DNA of 64,000 nucleotides from Pseudomonadota bacterium (lineage in GTDB: Bacteria > Myxococcota_A > UBA9160 > SZUA-336). Below are positions 47,391-58,200 of the stretch, piece after piece. The stretch covers positions 8,297 through 72,296 of the forward strand of contig QJZC01000045.1 in the NCBI GenBank assembly GCA_003247575.1, in the 5' to 3' direction. Made by a program: the position numbers and the translations under genes. Position 1 is the stretch's first letter, and each line of letters begins with the position of its first letter. The notes under the pieces are model-generated. The model searched no databases. It was not told the DNA's origin and worked only from the letters and a program-made list of their open reading frames with translations.

Positions 47391-49834
47391 TCGGGGAGTG
47401 CCACGCGCAGCGCCTCGAGCGCGTCGCTCACAAAATGGAACCGCAGCTCCTCACGCACCTCTTCCGGCACCTCTTCGAGATCCTTCTCATTACGGGAGGG
47501 CAACATCACGTCGGAGATGCCCGCGCGATGCGCTGCGAGCACCTTCTCCTTGACCCCGCCCACGGGCAGGACCTGTCCTCGCAGGGTGATCTCACCCGTC
47601 ATCGAGAGTCCTTCACGCACGCGCTTTCCGCAGAGTAGGCTCGCCAGGGCGACCAGAACGGTGACACCTGCGGACGGTCCCTCCTTCTTCATGGCGCCCG
47701 CCGGAAAGTGCACGTGGATCTCGTTCTTCTCGAAGAGCTCCTGCGGGATCTCGAGACGTGCCGCATTCGTCCGGAGATAAGAGAGAGCCGCTTCAGCGGA
47801 CTCGCGCATCACATCGCCCAGCTGACCGGTCAGCTTGAGGATGGGCTTACCCTCCATCAGCGCCGCCTCGACGAAGACCAGATCGCCCCCCACAGGCGTC
47901 CAGACCAAGCCCGTCGAGACTCCCGGGCGCTCCATCCGCTCCGCTTGCTGCTGCGTGAACGTGGCGGGTCCCAGCAAATCGCCGAGCTGCTGGACGTCGA
48001 TGTGAGAGACCTCCTCTCCCTCGGCCTTCTTGAGCGCACACTTTCGGACGAGCGCGGCCACGTTGCGATCCAGACTCCGCACTCCGGCCTCCCGCGTGTA
48101 GTCCTCGATCGTCCGCTGAATCACGTCGTCCGAGAGCTGGATCGAGTCCGGCGGCAAACCGTGGTCCTCGAGCTGGCGCGGCACCACGAAGCGCTTGGCG
48201 ATCTCGAGCTTCTCGCGCGCCGTATACCCGGGAAGCTCGATGATCTCCATCCGATCCAGCAAGGGCGGCGGGATCGTGTCGGTGCGATTGGCCGTCGCAA
48301 CGAACAGCACGCGCGAGAGATCGAAAGCCAGCTCCAGGTAGTGATCACTGAACGAATCGTTCTGCTCTGGATCGAGCACCTCCAGCAGGGCGGAAGATGG
48401 ATCGCCGCGGTAGTCCGTGCCAACCTTGTCGATCTCGTCCAGCATGAAGACTGGATTGTTGGAACCCGCCGTCTTGAGGTTCTGCACGACGCGGCCGGGC
48501 ATCGCGCCCACGTAGGTGCGCCGATGCCCGCGGATCTCCGCCTCGTCGCGCACACCTCCGAGCGAGGTACGCACGAACTTCCGTCCCATGGCGCGGGCGA
48601 TGGACTTGCCGAGCGAGGTCTTCCCGACACCGGGAGGACCCACGAAACAAAGAATCGGCCCCTTCGGATTGTCGATCAGGTGGCGCACCGCCAGGTACTC
48701 CAGGATGCGGTCCTTGACGGCCTGCAGATCGTAGTGGTCCTCATCCAGAATCTGTTTTGCGTGGGCGAGGTCCAGGTTGTCCTGCGTCTGCTTACGCCAA
48801 GGTAGATCCAACAGCCACTCGACGTAGGTTCGAATCACCGAACGCTCAGGAGAGTGCGAGGGGATGCTCACCATGCGGCCGACTTCGCGCGCACAAACGG
48901 CTTGGACCTCGTCAGGGAGGTCGGCTTCGTCGATGCGCGCGCGCAACTCGTCCTCTTCCACCGCTTGATCGCTCGACTCTCCGAGCTCCTCGCGAATCTT
49001 GCGCAGCTGCTCGCGCAACAGCTTCTTGCGGTGCGTCTCGTCGAGCTCACCGGCCGCGCGCTCCGCGAAGCGCCTCGAGACCTGCGCAATGCGCACCTCT
49101 CGCATCAGGTAGCGGATCAGCACGCGAAGCCGAGAGAGCACGTCGGGCTGAGCCAGCAACGCAATCTTTTGATCCAGAGGGAGATTCCCCATGTACGCGA
49201 TCAGGTCGGACAGGCGAGATGGATCCGAGATGCGTTCGAGGATCTCGCTGAACTCGTTGTCCAGATCGTCCCGCAGCTCGATCAGCTCCTCGGCGAGCCG
49301 CTGAACCGTGCGCCGCGCAGCTTCCGCCTCGGGTGTCTGATCCAAGACCTCGGGGATCGGACGAACCCGCACACGCAACATCTCGGGAGTCGCGATCAGC
49401 TCCCGTACCTCGCAACGCGCGAGTCCGATCACATCGATCACGACTCCCGGTCCTGGCGACGATTCCGTCACCCGAGTGACGCGCACGATCGCGCCGACCC
49501 CGAACAGGTCGTCCCGCCCCGGCTGCTCATCGTCCGGCCGCCGCTGGGTCACGACGGCTAGGTACCCGTGCCCCTTCGCGGCGGCGGAGATCGCACCCAG
49601 CGAGAGCGGACGTCCCACCGTCAGCGGAACGTGCGTGCCCGGAAACACGAGCGTGTTCCTGACCGGCAACAGGGGGAGCTCGACGGGGATCGGCAGCCGC
49701 TGGCCCCCCACGTCGATCTCGACACTCTCGGCGGTCTCGGCGGTTTCCACCGGCGCGGACGAAGCCTCGGTCCCCTCCGCTGGAATGGCCTCCGACGGAG
49801 CTGTCTGCTTGGATTTGCGCTCTTCTTCTGACAC
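47381..49834 (-). CDS. lon: ATP-dependent Lon protease (LonA type)
   Basis: It has the LON N-domain (LPLLPVRNTLVFPGTHVPLTVGR), Walker A GPPGVGKTS, Walker B VFMLDEIDK and the protease Ser-Lys dyad region (PAGAMKKEGPSAGVT, GGVKEKVLAAHRAG). Confidence 0.97.
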   Translation of the reverse strand: MSEEERKSKQTAPSEAIPAEGTEASSAPVETAETAESVEIDVGGQRLPIPVELPLLPVRNTLVFPGTHVPLTVGRPLSLGAISAAAKGHGYLAVVTQRRPDDEQPGRDDLFGVGAIVRVTRVTESSPGPGVVIDVIGLARCEVRELIATPEMLRVRVRPIPEVLDQTPEAEAARRTVQRLAEELIELRDDLDNEFSEILERISDPSRLSDLIAYMGNLPLDQKIALLAQPDVLSRLRVLIRYLMREVRIAQVSRRFAERAAGELDETHRKKLLREQLRKIREELGESSDQAVEEDELRARIDEADLPDEVQAVCAREVGRMVSIPSHSPERSVIRTYVEWLLDLPWRKQTQDNLDLAHAKQILDEDHYDLQAVKDRILEYLAVRHLIDNPKGPILCFVGPPGVGKTSLGKSIARAMGRKFVRTSLGGVRDEAEIRGHRRTYVGAMPGRVVQNLKTAGSNNPVFMLDEIDKVGTDYRGDPSSALLEVLDPEQNDSFSDHYLELAFDLSRVLFVATANRTDTIPPPLLDRMEIIELPGYTAREKLEIAKRFVVPRQLEDHGLPPDSIQLSDDVIQRTIEDYTREAGVRSLDRNVAALVRKCALKKAEGEEVSHIDVQQLGDLLGPATFTQQQAERMERPGVSTGLVWTPVGGDLVFVEAALMEGKPILKLTGQLGDVMRESAEAALSYLRTNAARLEIPQELFEKNEIHVHFPAGAMKKEGPSAGVTVLVALASLLCGKRVREGLSMTGEITLRGQVLPVGGVKEKVLAAHRAGISDVMLPSRNEKDLEEVPEEVREELRFHFVSDALEALRVALPECT

Positions 49835-49892
49835 TTGCCCTGCCAGGGTAGTCCCGGCGAATCGCCCGTCAAACCGGCCCTCGCATCCTCGG

Positions 49893-51260
49893 CTAGTAGC
49901 GGCTGAACTCGATCAGTAGCTCGGCCCGACGCTGGAACGCGCCGTCCCAGCGGTCGAGCAGCCCGCGCGCGGGACTGGCACCCTGCTCGAGGATCGCATA
50001 CAGCGGATCCAGGAAGTGTTGCTCATTGTCCCCCGTGGCATTGAGGTGCGCGATGCGCCCGAGTCCCTCGCGCGCGAGATCCACGAGCTCGCGCGCTACC
50101 GCGGCGACGGGCCCATCCGGCGTCTGCGCCTTGAGACCCAGCCGCGACACTTCGTCGTGAAGCCGGTCCACATCCGCATAGGTCCAAGCGGCGAAGCGCG
50201 CTTCGAGCCGGTCCAGTACCTCCGAATCGTAGAACACACCCTTCCACACTGCCGGCAGAGCACACACGAGATCGGGAGGCACCGCATCCGCACCGCGGAC
50301 TTCGATGACGCGCTTGAGTCGCACCTCGGGGAAGAGAGTCGTCAGATGCAGGTTCCAGTCGGCCAGACTGAGCGCCTCGCCCCGCTCGATCAGCTGCCGA
50401 AAGCTGCGTCCGGATTGCGGTACGTAGCGACCGTCGCGAATCAGGAACATCACCGGCACGTCCAGCGCCCACTCGGTGTACGCGCGGAAGGCTCCCTGTT
50501 CCAGGAAGTCTGGGGCAAAGGTACAGCGCAAGAAGCCACAACGCGCCCTGTCGGTATGCCTCCAGATGTGTGCGCGCCATGACTCGAATCCATTGGGCTC
50601 TCCAAGCGAGATGCTCGAATTTGCATAGAGCGCAGTCACGATCGGAGACACTGCCTGTGCGACTCGCAGCTTGCGACCTGCATCTTCTTCGCTCGAGAAG
50701 TCGAAGTTGGCCTGAACCCCGCAAGTTGCGTGCATCATCGACAAGCCGAGCGTGTCCGCAGCCTCGAGATGTGCGCGCATCCAGTCGTGCCGCTCGCGCG
50801 GCATCCGCGGGATGTCCTGCGTTTGCGCGAGCGGATGAGAGCCGAGGCCCAGCCAGATGATGTCGAACTCGCGAGAGACCTGATTCATCAGCGCGACGTG
50901 CTCGCGAAACTCTCTACAGGTCTCATGAAGGGTGAGCAACGGTGCGCCGGAGAGCTCGAGCTGTCCTCCGGGCTCGAGGGTGATCGAAGCTCCGGAACGT
51001 TCGAGCCCGACGATTGCGTCGGCCTCGAAGAAGGGCTCGAAGCCGTGCTTCGAGCGCAGCTCGGCGAACAGCGCGCCGAGACCACCTTCTCCGCCGTAGG
51101 GAACGGGATCGAGCGAACTCGCATACAAGGGGAACTTCTCGTGCTCGGTGCCAACCCGAAACCGATCCTCAGGCTTGCACGCGACTTCGAAGAACTCGAA
51201 GAGCTGTTCCTGGTGTTCGATCCGTTGGTCGAGCGTAGGGTCCTCGCGGGTAAGCGTCAC
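49893..51260 (-). CDS. gshA: Glutamate--cysteine ligase, plant/proteobacterial GCS2 type
   Basis: FRVGTEHEKFPLY, ITLEPGGQLELSGAP and FPEVRLKRVIEVRGAD follow the GSH1-type gamma-GCS pattern. Confidence 0.78.
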   Translation of the reverse strand: MTLTREDPTLDQRIEHQEQLFEFFEVACKPEDRFRVGTEHEKFPLYASSLDPVPYGGEGGLGALFAELRSKHGFEPFFEADAIVGLERSGASITLEPGGQLELSGAPLLTLHETCREFREHVALMNQVSREFDIIWLGLGSHPLAQTQDIPRMPRERHDWMRAHLEAADTLGLSMMHATCGVQANFDFSSEEDAGRKLRVAQAVSPIVTALYANSSISLGEPNGFESWRAHIWRHTDRARCGFLRCTFAPDFLEQGAFRAYTEWALDVPVMFLIRDGRYVPQSGRSFRQLIERGEALSLADWNLHLTTLFPEVRLKRVIEVRGADAVPPDLVCALPAVWKGVFYDSEVLDRLEARFAAWTYADVDRLHDEVSRLGLKAQTPDGPVAAVARELVDLAREGLGRIAHLNATGDNEQHFLDPLYAILEQGASPARGLLDRWDGAFQRRAELLIEFSRY

Positions 51261-51865
51261 GGTCGTGTCGAGCCTCCATACGCATGGGAATCAGCGGTGT
51301 AGAGATCTGGATGCAGCAAGCGCACAAGCGCGCACATGACCGCGTGCGAGCCGTAGTCCGCACGCGTCAAGATCCCGTGGGTGAGGCACCCGATGTTGCC
51401 TGCGCCCGGACCGAGCTCTCGCTCCGGCCTCCCCTGGAACACACGCTCGAATACCTCGCCGATCGGCCTGCGTTCGAAGCACGTCGCCTCGACGACGCAA
51501 GCCGGTGGGTACTCAAACCCTGAGCTCAGTCCGAACGCTTCTCGTTGACCATCGAAAATCACACAGCACCCCAGATTGACGTACCCAGTCGGCAGCATGG
51601 GTAGCGCGACAAGCCCATCTTCGATGCCGACGGCCAGGTCGCAGTTTCCGAGAGCGTAGCTCTGATGCGCCCGATTGCGCGCTCCCGTCACGATCTCGTC
51701 AAATCCGATCGGCTGATCAGAGACGCCACTCTCGACCGTACACCCGCGCACCTCACACGAGCCAACGAAGGGTGCGAACCCGCGGCGGACCGCCTCGAGC
51801 TTGGCTTCATTCCGGCTCCCCACACGGACTCGCGCAGATCGAAGCGATGCGGCACCGACGATCAA
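51257..51865 (-). CDS. yjjX: Inosine/xanthosine triphosphatase YjjX family (DUF84)
   Basis: VGSRNEAKLEAVRRGF...ESGVSDQPIGFDEIVTGARNRA...AVGIEDGL matches E. coli YjjX (TNPAKI...[21 protein letters not shown]). The TTG at 51865 overlaps the upstream stop as TTGA, and the stop overlaps the gshA start. Confidence 0.8.
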   Translation of the reverse strand: MIVGAASLRSARVRVGSRNEAKLEAVRRGFAPFVGSCEVRGCTVESGVSDQPIGFDEIVTGARNRAHQSYALGNCDLAVGIEDGLVALPMLPTGYVNLGCCVIFDGQREAFGLSSGFEYPPACVVEATCFERRPIGEVFERVFQGRPERELGPGAGNIGCLTHGILTRADYGSHAVMCALVRLLHPDLYTADSHAYGGSTRP

Positions 51866-52320
51866 ACCTGGGTCGCCGTACGCAAGAACTCGAGCAGTAG
51901 AGCATCCAAGGCCGCACACGCAGCCACACTCGGCAGCGGATGCTCCTGGCAAGGCCGCTCCGGCCTTCCCGCCCGATAGGGCCCGACCATGGTGACCACA
52001 CCCCGAGGCTTTCCGACACAGACGACTTCGAAACGGCCGCGTCTGACCTTGAACTGCAGACAGTCCACGTGCTTCTCATCGGGCTCTACCGGACCGACCT
52101 GCAGATCCGTCAGGTGAGCGGCGCTGCGAGCAGATGCCGCCTTGGCAAAGGCTCCGATCGCCAGCGCAGCACGCTCGCGCAGGCCCGCCAGGGCGTCCCT
52201 CACCACCGGAACCTGCGAGCTCCAGCTGCGATCACGCTGTGCGAGCTCGGCCGCGAGGTCCTCGAAAGGAGCGGAGTCGAACGCGGCCTCGGTCGCCGCT
52301 CTCGCTGATGGGGTCGTCAT
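51862..52320 (-). CDS. Hypothetical 152-aa protein
   Basis: The internal ATG at 52320 gives MTTPSARAATEAAFDSAPFEDLAAELAQRDRSW... It is coupled to yjjX, and I recognise no family. Confidence 0.45.
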   Translation of the reverse strand: MTTPSARAATEAAFDSAPFEDLAAELAQRDRSWSSQVPVVRDALAGLRERAALAIGAFAKAASARSAAHLTDLQVGPVEPDEKHVDCLQFKVRRGRFEVVCVGKPRGVVTMVGPYRAGRPERPCQEHPLPSVAACAALDALLLEFLRTATQV

Positions 52321-52385
52321 GGAACCTGCCTTCCTGCGCATGAGGTGCGCGCGCACTGCGCACCCGTGGGACAGCCTGCGTCGGA

Positions 52386-53918
52386 GTGTATACTGCGCTG
52401 CCGATGAACGGCACGCCGCCCACGTCGACGAGTGCGCCGGGCTCCGCCGGGAGCGACGGCCGTACCGGGCTCGGGAGCCGAGCGGTGCCGAGTACGTTTT
52501 GGAGCAGGTGGGGAGCCCGGCTCGCGGCTGTCGGTCTGGTTGCCAGTCTCGCCTGCCTCGCTCTGGGTGCATCCTCGCTGGCGGCGGCGCTCGTACTCGC
52601 GAGCTTCGCCGCCGCGTGCTTCTCGACGAAGCGCTCGCTCAACCTGCAGATCGGCGCTGGCTTCGTCGTCGGCCTTGCAGCCGGAGCGGCAACTTGGTGG
52701 ATCCCCGAGGGTGCGAAGCACATGGGCGCCGTGGACGACACCGGCTGGCTCTTCGTGCGCTTGCTCAAGATGCTGGTCGGCCCGCTGGTGTTCTTGGCCA
52801 TCGCTTCGGGGCTCGCGCGCTTGGGAAGCACGAGTAGCTTGGGACGCATGGGGGCCATTACCTTCGCCCTCTATTTCTCGACCATGTTCGTAGCGGTCGC
52901 GACTGGCCTGATCATGGTCAATCTCTTCGAGCCGGGTGCCAACACCCAGCTGCTCTCCCTCCCCTTCTTTCGCGGCCTGCTCGAGCAGACGACACCCGCG
53001 CCCGCGGGCACGGCTCTCGGTTTTCGCGAGTTCGTGGGCGACCTGTTGCAGAATCCGCTGAGCGCGCTCGCGAGCCCTAATCCCCCGATTCTCGGGCTGG
53101 TCTTCTTCGGTATGCTCCTGGGGATCGCGCTGATCCGAACGGGTGAGCAGACGCGCGCGTTACGCGAGTTCATCGACTCCGCCTACGCCGTCGTGCTCTG
53201 GATGATCGGAATCTTCGTGAGACTCGCGCCGCTGGGAGTCATGGCCATCGTCTGGTCACTGGTCGGATCGATGGCAAGCGACGGGCCGCGCTCGGGCATG
53301 ACGTCGATGATCACGGCGGCCCGCGAGGTCGGCGGCTTCATCGCGCTGGTCTTCGTAGCCACCTCGATTCATGCCTTCGTGACACTGCCCGCGTTCGCAT
53401 GGTTTCTCGCTGGCCTCCACCCGAGGCGTCTGCTCGCAGGTGTGAGCGAGGCGCTCCTCGTAGCGTTCTCCACCAGCTCGAGCGCGGCGACGTTGCCCGT
53501 GACCACGCGCAACGTCGAGCAGAACCTTGGAGTCCCCGCGCATGTGACCCACTTCGTGCTGCCGCTGGGTGCGACCGTCAATATGGACGGGACCGCGCTC
53601 TACGAGGCGATTGCAGCTCTCTTCATCGCAGCGTTGTTCGGGATGGAGCTCTCGCTCGGAGACCAGCTGACCGTGTTCGGTATGTCGATGCTGATGGCAG
53701 CCGGCGCTCCGGCGATTCCGTCTGCTGGAATGGTGACGATGGTCGTGGTCCTGCAGGCCGTCGACCTTCCCGCCGAGGCCGTGGCGCTCTTGATTCCGCT
53801 CGACCGACTGCTGGACACGATTCGGACGATGGCGAATGTGGAGGGAGACGCAGTCGTGGCGGTCTGCGTCGCCGGCGTCACCCACGGCAATGAGCAGATG
53901 ACCGCTGAAGACCCTTGA
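52386..53918 (+). CDS. Dicarboxylate/amino acid:cation symporter (DAACS/SLC1 family)
   Basis: LKMLVGPLVFLAIASGLARLG, SSSAATLPVT, NMDGTALYEAIAALFIA and AGAPAIPSAGMVT are the reentrant-loop motifs of GltP/DctA-type carriers. An N-terminal extension of about 50 aa is present. Confidence 0.85.
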   Translation: MYTALPMNGTPPTSTSAPGSAGSDGRTGLGSRAVPSTFWSRWGARLAAVGLVASLACLALGASSLAAALVLASFAAACFSTKRSLNLQIGAGFVVGLAAGAATWWIPEGAKHMGAVDDTGWLFVRLLKMLVGPLVFLAIASGLARLGSTSSLGRMGAITFALYFSTMFVAVATGLIMVNLFEPGANTQLLSLPFFRGLLEQTTPAPAGTALGFREFVGDLLQNPLSALASPNPPILGLVFFGMLLGIALIRTGEQTRALREFIDSAYAVVLWMIGIFVRLAPLGVMAIVWSLVGSMASDGPRSGMTSMITAAREVGGFIALVFVATSIHAFVTLPAFAWFLAGLHPRRLLAGVSEALLVAFSTSSSAATLPVTTRNVEQNLGVPAHVTHFVLPLGATVNMDGTALYEAIAALFIAALFGMELSLGDQLTVFGMSMLMAAGAPAIPSAGMVTMVVVLQAVDLPAEAVALLIPLDRLLDTIRTMANVEGDAVVAVCVAGVTHGNEQMTAEDP

Positions 53919-54074
53919 TGACCGGTGGGAACCTGCGCTCTGGCTTTCCGCTCTGGCCTTCAGGATTCGACCGAGACTGCAGCGGGGGACTCGATCCTAC
54001 AGCTCGTATCTGTGGGATTGTAGTAACAAACCTGGGCGACGCTCCGTATTCCAAAGGCTACATTCTCCGCGACC

Positions 54075-55199
54075 ATGCATTTCGTTCGCATCCTCGCGAA
54101 TCCGACCGGGCGCGCCTCACTGTGCTGCGCAGCCGTGCTCGCCTGCACGGGGTGCGGAGGAGACTCTGAGGCGAGTGATCCCAAGGGCGAAAGACCCCCA
54201 GTGGCAGTCCAGGTCGTAGAGGTGGTTCCGACCCCCCTACCCGACGTCGTACAGGCGGTGGGCACTCTGGATGCCCCCGAACGGACGACCCTCTCTGCAG
54301 AGATGGACGAGCAGATCGTGAAGCTCGACATTCCCGAGGGGAGCAAGGTCGAGGCCGGCCAGATCCTGGTGGAGCTCGACGACGCGCGAGTGAGTGCGAG
54401 CCAGAAGCGCGCGCAGGCCCGGGTCTCGGCGAGTCGCGCGCGCATGCGCCGCCTCGAGGCCCTGAAGGCGTCGAGCGTGAGCTCGCAGCAGGCCTACGAC
54501 GACGCCGAGGAGAGTCTCGCGGCCGCCTTGGCGGAGCTCGAGGAGGCCGAAGCCGACCTCGCGAAGACACGGATCCGAGCGCCGTTCTCTGGCATCCTCG
54601 GCATGTCTCAGGTAACCCCAGGCCAGTATCTGCGCTCGGGGACACCGATCGTGGAACTCACCCGGGTCGATCCGCTGGATCTGCTCTTCAGCGTCCCCCA
54701 GGAGTTCGCTGGCGATCTGGCTGTCGGACAGCGCGTCGTCGGCCACGCCAGCGGCTGCCGCGTTCGCTTCGAGGGCAGCTTGCGCGCGATCGAGCCGCGT
54801 GTAGACCCTGCCACCCGAACCGTGCAGGTCAAGGCTCGGATCCCCAACGAGAGGGGAGAGCTCTGGACGGGGATGGCAGCGCGCGTGCGCGTGGTGCTGC
54901 GCGAGATTCCACAGGCAATCCTGATTCCTCAGGAGTCGCTGATCCGGGACTCGGGACGCTACTACGTCTACGTGGTCGATGCGGATCACCGCGTGCAACA
55001 GCGCACGTTGGAGTTGGGCACGTTCTTCGCCGACCGCATCCACATCTCGCACGGACTCGAGCCCGGTGACGTCGTGGTCGTCAACGGCCATCAGAAGCTG
55101 CGCCCGAACAGCTCGGTCCAGACCAACGCATATCAGCCCGTAGACAACTCGGTGCTGGAGCTCGGCTGGGTCGGCCCACCGGACGGCTGCACAGGCTGA
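54075..55199 (+). CDS. RND efflux periplasmic adaptor (membrane fusion protein)
   Basis: It has the lipoprotein signal LCCAAVLACTGCGG, then the lipoyl, hairpin and beta-barrel pattern (VKLDIPEGSKVEAGQILVELDD...IRAPFSGILG...). Confidence 0.85.
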   Translation: MHFVRILANPTGRASLCCAAVLACTGCGGDSEASDPKGERPPVAVQVVEVVPTPLPDVVQAVGTLDAPERTTLSAEMDEQIVKLDIPEGSKVEAGQILVELDDARVSASQKRAQARVSASRARMRRLEALKASSVSSQQAYDDAEESLAAALAELEEAEADLAKTRIRAPFSGILGMSQVTPGQYLRSGTPIVELTRVDPLDLLFSVPQEFAGDLAVGQRVVGHASGCRVRFEGSLRAIEPRVDPATRTVQVKARIPNERGELWTGMAARVRVVLREIPQAILIPQESLIRDSGRYYVYVVDADHRVQQRTLELGTFFADRIHISHGLEPGDVVVVNGHQKLRPNSSVQTNAYQPVDNSVLELGWVGPPDGCTG

Positions 55200-55217
55200 G
55201 CAGAGGGGCGGCGCAGG

Positions 55218-58200
55218 GTGAAGCTCTCCGATCTCTCGATTCGACGCCCCGTTCTGGCCACGGTGATGAATCTGCTCATCCTGGTGGTCGGTGTCATCGC
55301 GTTCCTCGAGCTACCGGTTCGCGAGTACCCGGATGTCGATCCACCGATCGTCTCGGTGCGCACCGTCCTACCGGGCGCGAGCCCGGAAACCGTCGAGACC
55401 GCCCTGACCGAACCGCTCGAGCAAGCGCTGAACGGCATCGAAGGCATGCGCACGATCCAATCCTCGAGCAACTTCGGAACGAGCTCGATCGACATCGAGT
55501 TCGATCCCTCGCGCGACGTCGACGTGGCGGCCAACGATGTATCGAACGCGATTCAGCGTGCGTTGGGGGATCTGCCGGACGACGCCGAGCGCCCAGTGAT
55601 CTCCAAGGCGGGGGCGAATGATCAGCCGATCATGTGGCTGCACCTGGATGGAGATCGCTACAGCGCCGGAGACCGCACCGACCTGGCGGATCGCATCGTC
55701 AAGACACCGTTGCAGGTCCTTCCCGGTGTGTCACGCGCGATCATTGGCGGCTCGCGGCGCTACGCCATGCGCATCTGGCTGGACCCAGCGGAGATGGCAG
55801 CGCGCGGAGTCGACGCAAGTGACGTGCGCCGCGCCGTTCTCGAGAACAACCTTCAGACGGCGGCAGGCGAAATCGAAGGAAGCGCCCGCAAGTTCACCGT
55901 GAACGTCGAAGGTCAGATCGATGATCCGCGCACGTACGAGCAGCTGGTCATCCGAGAGGACGGCGACCGGCAGGTCCGCATCGCTGACGTGGGACGGGTC
56001 GAGCTGGGCGCGGACAACTACCGAGTCGTCACCCGCTTCGATCGCGAGCCGACCGTCGGGGTCGGAATCGTCCGCCAGTCGCGCTCGAACGAGCTCGCCG
56101 TATCGAGGGCCGTACGCGACGAGCTTCAAGGCGTACGCAGCGCGCTACCCGCGGACGTAGACCTGGGGATCGCGGTCGACAACACGCGCTTCGTGGAGGC
56201 TTCACTCGAGCAGGTCTGGGAGACCCTCGCCGTCTCTCTCGCAATCGTCGTGCTGGTAAACTTGATCTTCCTGCGCTCCGCAACCACTACGACGATCACG
56301 GCCATCGCGATTCCCGTCTCAGTGGTGGGGACCTTCGCGCTGATGCAGGTGCTCGGCTTTTCGATCAACGTGCTCACCTTGCTGGCCCTCGTTCTGGCGA
56401 TCGGGCTACTGGTCGACGACTCGATCGTCGTGATGGAGAACATCTACCGACGCCGAGAACTCGGCGAGAGCTTACTTCGCGCATCGATCAACGGAGCGCG
56501 CGAGGTCGGCTTCGCGGTGATTGCAACCACGGTGGCAGTCGTCGCCGTTCTGATTCCTCTCGGGCTCATGACCGGCAACGTCGGCCGCTTGTTTCGTGAG
56601 TTCGCGCTCACGATGACCGCGGCGGTCGCCATCTCGACATTCGTCGCGCTTACCCTCGTACCGATGCTGTGCTCCAAGTACCTGCGCGTCGCGTCCGAAT
56701 CCGGAGCGACCAGCCGCCTGAGCGCGTGGTTCGAGCGCGTGCTGGATTCGCTGGGCGGCCTATACGACCGCCAACTCGGCCGCGCTCTCGAGCACCCGCG
56801 CGTGATGGGGCTAGCCTTGGGCGCATCGGTGCTCGGCGTCGTCGTCCTGTTCGGCTCGCTTCCGCAGACACTCGTACCCACCGAAGACCGCGGCAGGATC
56901 CTCACGTTTCTGCGAGCTCCGCGCGGCTCCACGACTGCCTACACAGACCGCGCACTCCAGAAGGTCGAGGAGAAGCTCGCTTCGGTGCCGGAGATCGAGG
57001 GATTCTTCTCCGCGGTGGCGCTCGGTGGAGGCAACGTGGGAGACACGTCGCAGGGGATCGTATTCGCCAGGCTCGCCCCGTGGGGCGACCGAGCTCGATC
57101 ACAGCAGGAGATCGTGGGACAGCTGTTCGGGGAGTTCAGCCAGATTCCGGATGCCCTCGCCTTTCCGATCAATCCCGCCTCACTCGGACAGGGCCAGGCG
57201 AACGACGTCGAGGTGATCATCAAGAGTTCGTCTGCCGAGCTCCAGGAGTTCGAGCAGATCTCGCGGCAGGTCATCGGCGAGCTACGCGAAGTGTCGGGAC
57301 TCGTGAACGTGGACACGGATCTCTACATCGACACCCCGAAGCTCGACATCCACTTCGATCGAGAACGCGCGGCCGACGTGCGCGTCCCCGTCCGAGCGGT
57401 GGCCGATACACTTCGGCTGCTCGTCTCCGAAGGACCGACGGACGAGTTCGTCATGCGCAATCGACAATACGACGTCGTCATGGCCTTGGCACCGCGCTTT
57501 CGTAGTGAGCCCGGGCAGCTCGGGAATCTGTATGTGCGATCACTCGATGGACCGATGATTCCATTGGCCTCCCTGGTCGACGTCAGGCCAACCGTGGGAC
57601 CGAGCGCGCTCAATCACTACGGCCTGCAGCGCTCGCAAAAGTTCACCGCCAGCTTGGCTCCCAGCGCTTCCCTGGGGGATGTTCTACCGCGCGTGCTGTC
57701 GATCATCGAGTCCAACCTGCCCAGCGGATTCTCGGTAGCTCTCGGGGGCGTGTCGCGCGAGTTCGAGGAGTCGTCGGGTGCGATTCTGACGACCTTCGCC
57801 CTGTCGCTGATCGTGATCTACCTGGTCTTGTCCGCGCAGTTCGAAAGCTTCGTCCACCCTCTCACGGTAATGCTGAGCGTCCCACTCGCGTGCGTGGGCG
57901 CCCTGGGCACACTCCTGCTTTTGGGGCATACGCTCAACGTGTACAGTCAGACAGGCATCATACTGTTGGTCGGGCTCGTTACGAAGAACTCCATCTTGTT
58001 GGTCGACTTCGCCAACCAGGAGCGCGCCCGCGGCACAGGGCTGCTCGACTCGTTACGGGCTGCGGGACATACCCGCTTCCGTCCGATTCTGATGACCAGC
58101 GTCACCTCGATTCTGGGGGCCATCCCACTGGCATTCGCGCTTGGCGCGGGGGCCGAAGGACGCCGCGCGATCGGCGCGGCCGTGGTTGGCGGCCTGCTGT

